A DNA stretch of 64,000 nucleotides. Origin: an uncultured Candidatus Rokubacteria bacterium. GTDB taxonomy: Bacteria > Methylomirabilota > Methylomirabilia > Rokubacteriales > CSP1-6. The stretch's first letter is position 1; each line of letters opens with the position of its first letter. Location of the stretch: positions 512,001 through 576,000 of the forward strand of contig CAVYTA010000007.1 of the NCBI GenBank assembly GCA_963771355.1, read 5' to 3'. The position numbers and the translations under genes were made by a program. The notes beneath the pieces were generated by a model that was not told the origin of the DNA, did no database searches, and saw only the letters and a list, made by a program, of their open reading frames with translations. Of the stretch, positions 56,927 through 64,000 are shown piece by piece.

Positions 56927-58353
56927 GACTGCCGCCGGGTCTTCGCACCGTCCGGACGCGGCTCACTCTCTGGTACACGGGCCTCCTCCTCGTCATCCTC
57001 CTGCTGATGGGATGGCTCTCCTACGAGGTGCTGGCGTGGAGCCTGCTCCAGGACATGGACGCGTCCCTGGGCACGGTGGCCCAGGTGATCCGGGACACCG
57101 CCGACGCGCGCCAGGGCGGCAGTGCGGCGGAGACGCTGCTGCGCGAGCTGCTGGGCCCCGAGGTCTACGACAAGTTCTTCCAGTTCCGCGATCGCGAGGG
57201 ACAGCCGGAAGACCGCTCGGGCTTCCTGCGGGGCCGCTCGCTCCCGCTCTCGGCGCTGGCGCGTGACAACGCGCGACGCGGCGTCCGCACGCTGGAGACC
57301 CTGATGCTGCGGGGGGGCGAGCGGGTGCGGCTCCTCACCCTGCCCATCGTGCGCGACGGCCGGCTCGATCAGCTCGTGCAGGTGGGCATCTCGCTCGACC
57401 GCATGGAGGCCGCGCTCCGCCGCTATGTCCGCATCTACCTGGCGCTGGTGCCGGTGGGGGTGGGGCTCGCCGCGGTGGGCGGCGCGCTGATCGCGCGCGC
57501 GGCGCTGGGGCCCGTGAACGCGATGGCGCGCACCGCCCGCCGCATCACCGCGGAGGATCTCTCGCAGCGCATCCCCATCCGCGGCACCGGCGACGAGCTG
57601 GACTATCTCGCCGAGACCCTCAACGGCATGCTGGCGCGCCTCGAGCCGGCCTTCGGCCAGATGCGCCGCTTCACCGCCGACGCGGCCCACGAGCTGCGCA
57701 CGCCGCTCACCGCGCTCAAGGGCGGCATCGAGGTGGCGCTGCGCAGCGCCCGTGATCCGGAGGAGTACCGGCGCGTGCTCCGCGACAGCCTCGAGGAGGT
57801 GGATCGGCTCATCCGGGTGGCCGAGGACCTCCTGCTCTTCTCGCGCACCACCGCGGCGGGGATCGGCGCCGCGCGCGCCCATGTCGCGCTGGAGCCTTTG
57901 GTGCTGGAGGCGCTGGACACCGGAGCGCGGCTCGCGCAGGGCACGGGGGTGACGGTGCGGCTCGGCGCGGTGACGCCCGCGGAGGTGACCGGCGATGCCG
58001 ACGCCCTGCGCCGGGCGCTGCGCAACCTGGTCGAGAATGCCGTGAGGTATACGGCGGCGGGTGGCACGGTGGAGCTCGCGCTCTTGCGCGAGAAGGACGC
58101 CGCCGCCCTCGTCGTGGAGGACAGCGGCATCGGCATCGAGCCCGCCGACCTCGAGCGCATCTTCGAGCCCTTCGTGCGCCTGGACGAGGCCCGCTCACGC
58201 GCCAGCGGGGGCACCGGCCTGGGCCTGGCCATCGCGCGCGGCATTGCCGTGGCGCACGGGGGCTCGCTCACCGTGCAGAGCGCGCCCAAGGCGGGGAGCC
58301 GCTTCACCCTGCGCCTACCGCTGGCGATTGACATGCCCGCGCGGCCTTCCTAG
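56923..58353 (+). CDS. Sensor histidine kinase (two TMs, HAMP, HisKA, HATPase; CusS-like)
   Basis: RLTLWY, DELDYLAETLNGML, FTADAAHELRTP, NLVENAVRY, DSGIG and GTGLGL; ATGA overlap. Confidence 0.95.
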   Translation: MRLPPGLRTVRTRLTLWYTGLLLVILLLMGWLSYEVLAWSLLQDMDASLGTVAQVIRDTADARQGGSAAETLLRELLGPEVYDKFFQFRDREGQPEDRSGFLRGRSLPLSALARDNARRGVRTLETLMLRGGERVRLLTLPIVRDGRLDQLVQVGISLDRMEAALRRYVRIYLALVPVGVGLAAVGGALIARAALGPVNAMARTARRITAEDLSQRIPIRGTGDELDYLAETLNGMLARLEPAFGQMRRFTADAAHELRTPLTALKGGIEVALRSARDPEEYRRVLRDSLEEVDRLIRVAEDLLLFSRTTAAGIGAARAHVALEPLVLEALDTGARLAQGTGVTVRLGAVTPAEVTGDADALRRALRNLVENAVRYTAAGGTVELALLREKDAAALVVEDSGIGIEPADLERIFEPFVRLDEARSRASGGTGLGLAIARGIAVAHGGSLTVQSAPKAGSRFTLRLPLAIDMPARPS

Positions 58354-58362
58354 CGTGGACCG

Positions 58363-60393
58363 GTGGACCGATCCGAGGAGCGAGCGCCCGTGGACGAGCT
58401 GATCCGCCTGCTCCAGCGCGCGGCGGCCGCGCTCAAGGTCGGCCGGCATGCGGAGGCCGAGGCCCTCGCGCGCGCGGCGCTGGCGCGAGACCCTGCACGC
58501 GGCCCCGCCTACACGGCGCTGGGCGCCGCGCTCACCCAGCTGCGGCGTCCGGCGGAAGCGGAGGCCGCGTTCCGCGAGGCGGTCCGGCTCGGGTCCGGCT
58601 CCGCGTCGGCGCGCATCGACCTGGGCGACGCGCTCTTCGAGCAGGGCAAGGCGGCGGATGCCGAGGCCGAGTACTGCGCGGCGACGACGCTCGATCCGCG
58701 CGGCTTCCGCGGGCACTTCAAGCTGGGTCTGGCGCGGGAGCGTCAGCGCCGCTGGGAGGACGCGGCGGCCGCCTACCGCGTGGCGGCAGGCATCCGTCCG
58801 GAGCACCTCCTCGCCCAGATCCGCATGGGCCTCGTGTACCGGCGGCTCCGGCGCGGGCCCGAGGAGGAGGCGGCGCTTCGCCGGGCGGTCGCCCTGGCGC
58901 CCGCGAGCGTGGACGCGCAGCACAATCTCGGCCTGGCGCTCCTGCGCCAGGGGCTCCACATCGAGGCCGAGGAAACGCTGCGACGGGCCGCCACGCTCGC
59001 GCCGCGCAACGCCATCATCGCCGACGATCTCGGACAGGCGTTGACAGCCCAGGGGCGCCATGCCGAGGCGGCGGTGACCTGCCGGGAGGCGCTGCGCCTC
59101 GCGCCCGGACGGGTGAAGCCGCAGGTCCACCTCGCCAATGCGCTCCGGCGGCTGCGGCGCTGGCACGACGCCGCCCAGGCCTATCGGGCCGCCATCCAGC
59201 GCAAGGGCGACGACGCCACCTTGCTGGGCCATCTGGGCGTCACGCTCTGGCATGCGCGCCGCTACGGCGAGGCGCTCAGCGCGTTCCGTGAGGCGCAGCG
59301 CCTGGAGCCGCAGAATGCCGCCTGGCATGGCCGGGTCGCGCGCGTGCTCGAGCGCCAGGGCCGCGTTCCCGAGGCCGAGGCGGCCTTCCGCGCCGCCATT
59401 CGCCTGCGTCCCGGGGACGTCGGTCTCCGGCGCGGGCTCGCCGGCGTGCTTCGCCGCGAGGGCAAGTGGCTGGAGGAGGCCGAGGCACATCGCGCCGCCA
59501 TCGCGCTCCGACCCGACGATCCCAACGTGCACTATGATCTCGGCCTGGCGCTCTCCGCCCAGGGGCTGGACTTCCACGCGGAGGCGGCCTTCCGGGCCGC
59601 GGTGACGCTGGAGCCCGACACCGCCGACTTCCACGTGGAGCTGGGCATCGCGCTCGGCCGCCAGGGCAAGCACGCGGAGGCGGAGGCCGCGCTGCGCGAG
59701 GCGGTTCGCCTGGACCCGCTCGACATCGTGGCGCTGGGCAATCTCGCCGTCGGCCTCGGCCGGCAGGGACGCTACGCCCAGTCGGCGGCGGTGTACCAGG
59801 ACGCGCTGCTGATCAAGCCGGAGAACGCGGCGCTGCAGCGCGGGCTCGGCGTGGTCCTCTATCTCCAGGGCAAGTACGCGCCCGCGGAGGCGGCGTTTCG
59901 CGAAGCGGTACGGCTCAAGCCGGGTTACGCGAAGACCCATGCCTATCTGGGTGAGATGCTGAGCGAGCAGGGGCGGCCGGCGGAGGCGGCGGAGGCGTTT
60001 CGCGCCGCCATCCGCGCCAAGCCCGACAGCCCGGCCGCGCATCGCGGGCTGGGCGGCGTGCTCCTCGCGCAGGGGCTCCACGAGGCGGCGGAAGCGGCGT
60101 ACCGGGCGGCGCTACGCCTGCGCCCGGAGGAGGGCCAGAATCACTTCAATCTGTGGATGGTGCTCGAGCGCCAGGCGAAGCACGCCGAGAGCGAGGCCGC
60201 CTATCGCGAGGCCATCCGCCTCAAGCCGGATTTCGCCGAAGCGCATGCGCGACTCGGCTCGGTACTGCTCCGCGTGGGGCGCCTGGCGGAGGCGGAGGCC
60301 GCCTATGCCGAGGCGGTGCGGCTGCATCCGGACGACGCGCGATTCCGCAGCGGGCGCGACGCCGTCCGGCGGCGCCGGACCGCGGCGCCCTGA
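58363..60393 (+). CDS. Tetratricopeptide repeat protein (all-TPR, about 18-19 repeats)
   Basis: Recurrent 34 aa units of the form LG..L..QG...EAEAAFR.A.RL.P throughout. The start could alternatively be GTG 58390. Confidence 0.9.
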   Translation: MDRSEERAPVDELIRLLQRAAAALKVGRHAEAEALARAALARDPARGPAYTALGAALTQLRRPAEAEAAFREAVRLGSGSASARIDLGDALFEQGKAADAEAEYCAATTLDPRGFRGHFKLGLARERQRRWEDAAAAYRVAAGIRPEHLLAQIRMGLVYRRLRRGPEEEAALRRAVALAPASVDAQHNLGLALLRQGLHIEAEETLRRAATLAPRNAIIADDLGQALTAQGRHAEAAVTCREALRLAPGRVKPQVHLANALRRLRRWHDAAQAYRAAIQRKGDDATLLGHLGVTLWHARRYGEALSAFREAQRLEPQNAAWHGRVARVLERQGRVPEAEAAFRAAIRLRPGDVGLRRGLAGVLRREGKWLEEAEAHRAAIALRPDDPNVHYDLGLALSAQGLDFHAEAAFRAAVTLEPDTADFHVELGIALGRQGKHAEAEAALREAVRLDPLDIVALGNLAVGLGRQGRYAQSAAVYQDALLIKPENAALQRGLGVVLYLQGKYAPAEAAFREAVRLKPGYAKTHAYLGEMLSEQGRPAEAAEAFRAAIRAKPDSPAAHRGLGGVLLAQGLHEAAEAAYRAALRLRPEEGQNHFNLWMVLERQAKHAESEAAYREAIRLKPDFAEAHARLGSVLLRVGRLAEAEAAYAEAVRLHPDDARFRSGRDAVRRRRTAAP

Positions 60394-60416
60394 CCCCCGC
60401 ACTCGAAAGGATCGCC

Positions 60417-61187
60417 ATGCTCCAGGGCATCGACCATCTCGTCGTCGTGACGCGGGACCTCGACACCGCCATCGCCGGCTACCGCGCGCTCGGCTTCACG
60501 GTGACGCCCGGCGGCCGGCACGCGCGCGCCAGCCACAATGCGCTGGTGGCTTTCGCCGACGGCGCCTACCTCGAGCTCATCGCCTACTGGGAGGACGGCA
60601 GCGCGCATCGGTGGTGGCCGCCGCTCCAGAAGGGCGGCGGCCTGGTGGACTTCTGCCTCGCCACCGATGATCTCGACGCCGACCTGGCCGCCTTCCGCCG
60701 CGCCGGCGTCACCATGGAGGATCGGAGCCCGGGCGGCCGCGCGCGGCCCGACGGCTATCAGCTTCGCTGGAGCTCCGCCGCGCCGGCGCGCGCCCAGCAG
60801 GGCGTGGCGCCCTTCATCATCGAGGATGACACGCCACGGGCCGAGCGCGTGCCGCGCGAGACCACGCACGCCAATGGCGTCACCGGCGTCGGCGTGGTGA
60901 TGGTCGCGGTGGACGACGTGCCCCGCGTGGCCGGCTGGTACGCGGGCACCCTGGGCCGGCCGGGGGAGCCGGTGAAACGCGACGATCTCGGGGCCGCCGG
61001 CTACCGCTTCCGCGTGGGCCCGCACGCCCTGGAGTTCCTGGCCCCCGTGATCGCCGGGGCGGGGCCTCTGGCCGACTGGCTCACGCGCCGCGGCCCGTCG
61101 CCTTACGCGGCCACCCTCCTGGGCGGCGCCCCCAAGGGCCCGGTCGACCCCGCTCGCGCCCAGGCCGCGCGCTTCATCTTCGTCTGA
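60417..61187 (+). CDS. VOC / glyoxalase-like protein (Glyoxalase_3)
   Basis: IDHLVV, LGF.V.PGGRH, SHNALV.F.DG.YLELI, RPDG..LRW, PFIIE and HANG. Confidence 0.9.
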   Translation: MLQGIDHLVVVTRDLDTAIAGYRALGFTVTPGGRHARASHNALVAFADGAYLELIAYWEDGSAHRWWPPLQKGGGLVDFCLATDDLDADLAAFRRAGVTMEDRSPGGRARPDGYQLRWSSAAPARAQQGVAPFIIEDDTPRAERVPRETTHANGVTGVGVVMVAVDDVPRVAGWYAGTLGRPGEPVKRDDLGAAGYRFRVGPHALEFLAPVIAGAGPLADWLTRRGPSPYAATLLGGAPKGPVDPARAQAARFIFV

Positions 61188-61295
61188 GTACCACCAGCGC
61201 CAGTCGCCACGGGTCCCCGCTACGGCCTCGGCGCCGAGAGGAAGCGGTCCATCATGACGGCGCGCCCATCATAAACGATGGGTACGAGGAACGCG

Positions 61296-61862
61296 CTAGG
61301 CGGGGGTGACCTCGATGGCGGAGATGCGGCGGTAGCTGACCCCGATCTTGTGACTGTCCGCGTCCACGACGAGGAGGCCGTTCTCGGTGATCTGCGAGAG
61401 CGTCCCCACGATGGGCTCGGGGGCGTTCCGAACGGAGATGGCCACTCGGCGCCCGAGATGGGGCCGGGCCTCGGCCTCCCACACCGTGCGGAGCTGCTCC
61501 ACCGCGCCGGCCATCATGTCGGTCTCGCGGATCGGCTCGACCTCGCGGATGGCGCCGAACACCGGCATGTGAAACTCCGCCGCCGGCTCGGTATGCCCGT
61601 GCGGGGCGGCTTCCTGGCGCTCCTGGGCCGCCCGCAGGAGCTCCGCCATCCGGCTCGTCATGGCGCGGTAGAGGTAGTAGCCGATGAGCATCGCCCCCAC
61701 CGCCAGCGACAGGTTGACGAGGACCAGAGTCCGGCCGAGGGCGCCCAGGATGTAGAGGGTGTCGAGGTACAGGAGCATCGGCAGCACCGTCACGAAGGCG
61801 AACACCACCGCCGCCGCGCGCTGGAGCGTGTAGGAACGGGGCCTGGGCTCGGCCGGCTCCAT
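61296..61862 (-). CDS. Hypothetical membrane protein with C-terminal Sm/SH3-like beta domain
   Basis: Two TM helices, then LGRRVAISV...IVGTL..ITENGLLV...VSYRRISAIE; -10 box TAGCAT 6 nt before the ATG. Confidence 0.7.
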   Translation of the reverse strand: MEPAEPRPRSYTLQRAAAVVFAFVTVLPMLLYLDTLYILGALGRTLVLVNLSLAVGAMLIGYYLYRAMTSRMAELLRAAQERQEAAPHGHTEPAAEFHMPVFGAIREVEPIRETDMMAGAVEQLRTVWEAEARPHLGRRVAISVRNAPEPIVGTLSQITENGLLVVDADSHKIGVSYRRISAIEVTPA

Positions 61863-61975
61863 GTCCCGATGCTAACTCCGGGTGTCGAAAGTTCGCACCG
61901 TTTTTGGCCGCGGCCGGCCGGGCGGGTGCCGGAGATACCTCCGGGGGGCATGCTAGTATCCCCCCGGAGGTGCCC

Positions 61976-62770
61976 GTGGGGCTCTCGCGTCGTGAGCTGC
62001 GCGCGCTGCGCGGCTTCGTGTTCGACCTCGATGGCTGTGTGTGGACCGGGGACGTGCTCGTCCCGGGAGCCGCGGAGGTGCTGGCCCTCCTCCGCGAGCA
62101 GGGTCGCGGAGTGTCCTTCCTCACCAACAACTCGGCCGCCCGCTCGGCCACCATGCAGGCCAAGCTCGAGCGGCTGGGCGTCCAGGCCGCGCTCCCCGAG
62201 GTGCTCACGCCGCTCGAGATCCTCGGTGAGGTGATCGACGCGCGCTGGGGGCCCTCCCGCGTGCTCGTCATCGGGACCGAGCTGCTCGGGAGCACGCTGG
62301 CCGAGTCGGGCCATACCCTGGTGCCGGCCGAGCGATTCCACGAGGCCCAAGTGGTGGTCGTGGGTCGTGACCCGGACTTCACCTACGATCGCCTCACCGC
62401 CGCCGCGCGCGCCATCGCCGGCGGGGCCCACTTCCTCACCCCCAACCTCGACCCCCGCCTGCCGCTCGAGAACGGCGATTTCCTGCCCGGGTGCGGCGCG
62501 GTGGTGGAGGCGGTGGCGGCGGCCGCCGGTGTGCGGCCGATCGTGGTGGGCAAGCCCGAGCCGCCGCTCTTCGAGCTGGCGCTCGCGCGGATGGGCGTGA
62601 CCGCGGACACCGCGGCCATGGTGGGCGACAGCGTGGACTCCGACATCCGGGGAGCCCGGCGCGTGGGCATGACCGCCATTCTCTTCGCCCCCGCGGGCGG
62701 GCCGGACGGCGTGGCCCACTTCATGGTCAAGTCCATGGCCCAGCTTCGCCGTCTGCTGGCCGAGCGGTAG
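61976..62770 (+). CDS. HAD-IIA family hydrolase (NagD-like)
   Basis: FDLDGC, LTNNS, GKP and MVGDSVDSDI.G; GGAGG before GTG 61976. Confidence 0.92.
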   Translation: MGLSRRELRALRGFVFDLDGCVWTGDVLVPGAAEVLALLREQGRGVSFLTNNSAARSATMQAKLERLGVQAALPEVLTPLEILGEVIDARWGPSRVLVIGTELLGSTLAESGHTLVPAERFHEAQVVVVGRDPDFTYDRLTAAARAIAGGAHFLTPNLDPRLPLENGDFLPGCGAVVEAVAAAAGVRPIVVGKPEPPLFELALARMGVTADTAAMVGDSVDSDIRGARRVGMTAILFAPAGGPDGVAHFMVKSMAQLRRLLAER

Positions 62771-63474
62771 TGCCCCGCCTGCGGGTGCTTCTCCACTCGG
62801 GCGGCCCTCTCGGGGCCGAGGGGCGGCGCATCGTCGGCGAGTTCCTCGGTCCCGCCCGCCGCGTCGGCTTCGTCACCGCGGCCAGCCTGCACGACGAGCG
62901 CGTCTACTTCGAGCGCGTGCGAGGGATGCTGGCGCCGCCGCCTCCCGAGGGCGCGGGCCTGGAGCTGGTGCACATCCGCTGGAACGCGCGTCCGCTCCCG
63001 GCGCTGGGGGACGTGGAGGCCGTGTTCATGGGCGGGGGCAATACCTACGCGCTGCTCATGCGCCTGCGCCGCTCGGGGCTGCTGCCCGCGATCCGCCGGC
63101 GCGTGCGCGCGGGCCTGCCCTATGTCGGCGCCAGCGCGGGCTCCAACGTGGCGGGGCCCACCATCCTCACCACCAACGACTGGAACGTGGTGGGTCACCC
63201 GCGCTTCGACGCGCTCGGCCTCGTCGGGTTCAACATCAACCCGCACTACAAGGAAGCCGATCCCCTGATGGCGGCGGGGAGCGAGACCCGCGACGACCGC
63301 ATCCGCGAGTACCACGTGGTCAACCGGAATCCGGTGGTGGGGCTCGAGGAGGGCGCGCTGGTGCGCGTCGAGGGCGGCCGCGCCACCGCGCTGGGCACCG
63401 CGCGCATCAAGCTCTTCCGGCGCGGGTCGGCGCCCGTCTGGTTCGCGCCGGGCGACCGGCTGCCCGTGCGGTAG
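62770..63474 (+). CDS. pepE: Dipeptidase E (peptidase S51)
   Basis: GGGNTY.L, GASAGSNV, TTND, INPHY, ETRDDRIREY and GLEEG. Confidence 0.9.
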   Translation: MPRLRVLLHSGGPLGAEGRRIVGEFLGPARRVGFVTAASLHDERVYFERVRGMLAPPPPEGAGLELVHIRWNARPLPALGDVEAVFMGGGNTYALLMRLRRSGLLPAIRRRVRAGLPYVGASAGSNVAGPTILTTNDWNVVGHPRFDALGLVGFNINPHYKEADPLMAAGSETRDDRIREYHVVNRNPVVGLEEGALVRVEGGRATALGTARIKLFRRGSAPVWFAPGDRLPVR

Positions 63475-63516
63475 AGGCGGCCCGCCGCCCGCCGAAGGGC
63501 GCCGACTGATCGGAGG

Positions 63517-64000
63517 TCAGCCGGCCTTCTTCCCGACGCGGCGGTGGGGCGAGCCCGGCTGCTTCTTCTTCCGGTAGCGCAGGTTGAGGAGCTCGACGAA
63601 GAGGGAGAAGGCCATCGCGACGTAGATGTAGCCCTTCTCCACGTGGGTGCCCATGCCCTCCGCCACCAGCATCACCCCGATGAGCAGCAGGAAGGCCAGG
63701 GCGAGGATCTTCACGCTCGGGTGACGCTCCACGAAGCCGCCGATGGGGGCCGCGGAGACCAGCATCACCAGCATGGCCAGCACCATGGCGATGACCATGA
63801 TGGGGATGTGGTCGGCCATGCCGACGGCGGTGATGACCGAGTCCAGCGAGAAGACGATGTCGAGCATCAGGATCTGGACGAGCACCCAGAGAAACTTGCC
63901 CCGGGAGCCGCCGGCGGCGGGCGCCGCCGGATGGTCGGCCTCGATCTTGTCGAAGATCTCCCAGGTGGACTTGGCGATGAGGAAGAAGCCGCCGCCGAGC
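63517..64000 (-). CDS. TerC family integral membrane protein (C-terminal part; truncated by window edge)
   Basis: FLIAKSTWEI, QI..LDIVFSLDSVITAVGM, HPSVKILALAFL and KGYIY.AM.FS..VE. Confidence 0.92.
   Translation of the reverse strand, partial: LGGGFFLIAKSTWEIFDKIEADHPAAPAAGGSRGKFLWVLVQILMLDIVFSLDSVITAVGMADHIPIMVIAMVLAMLVMLVSAAPIGGFVERHPSVKILALAFLLLIGVMLVAEGMGTHVEKGYIYVAMAFSLFVELLNLRYRKKKQPGSPHRRVGKKAG

Noticed and set aside
58363..60393. DNA-level repeat array in the TPR gene
   Set aside because: The recurrent GAGGCCGAGGC-type words are explained by protein-level TPR periodicity.
1..64000. rRNA, tRNA, transposase, integrase, prophage or reverse transcriptase genes
   Set aside because: None was recognised. 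Nearly all of the window is accounted for by metabolic, transport and regulatory CDSs, and the intergenic gaps show no cloverleaf with a T-loop GTTC motif.

Overview
A 64 kb, very GC-rich (roughly 70% by eye) bacterial chromosomal segment with about 54 protein-coding genes. I found no rRNA, tRNA, CRISPR array, transposase or integrase. MlaA indicates a diderm. The many ABC solute-binding proteins and CoA-metabolism genes and the intergenic hairpin style are compatible with Rokubacteria/Methylomirabilota, but this is inference only. Content in order: a partial cNMP-binding protein divergent from a trypsin-TM-rhodanese fusion; ggt; a sugar-phosphate nucleotidyltransferase divergent from a glycogen-to-trehalose operon (treY-glgX-treZ-amylo-1,6-glucosidase-malQ), each side with a sigma-54-type promoter; a Dpp-type ABC operon lacking ATPases; class II ribonucleotide reductase nrdJ with tandem NrdR boxes; an NYN protein, a dehydrogenase and mlaA; a FabH-like enzyme with a large N-terminal extension; an acyl-CoA synthetase; a REC-HD-GYP protein; a URO-D-like/SBP5/Liv/PNPOx/GAF operon; a VHPO/PAP2 lipoprotein; a low-GC orphan lipoprotein gene; IMPase-DSD1-TPP enzyme genes; a DAO-family oxidase divergent from a second Dpp operon (carrying five apparent +1 indels) that continues into cupin, a second URO-D-like gene, aroK, CaiB and HMG-CoA lyase; an aldo/keto reductase; a Zn-ribbon membrane protein-response regulator-histidine kinase-TPR-VOC cluster; HAD, pepE and a partial TerC gene. 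The best leads for undescribed biology are two transporter-linked URO-D-like enzymes with an H-x-H...C site, the sigma-54-driven glycogen/trehalose block, the AT-rich orphan Cys-rich lipoprotein, the extended FabH and the protease-rhodanese fusion. No single clear-cut novel multi-gene system such as a defence system or retroelement is evident.
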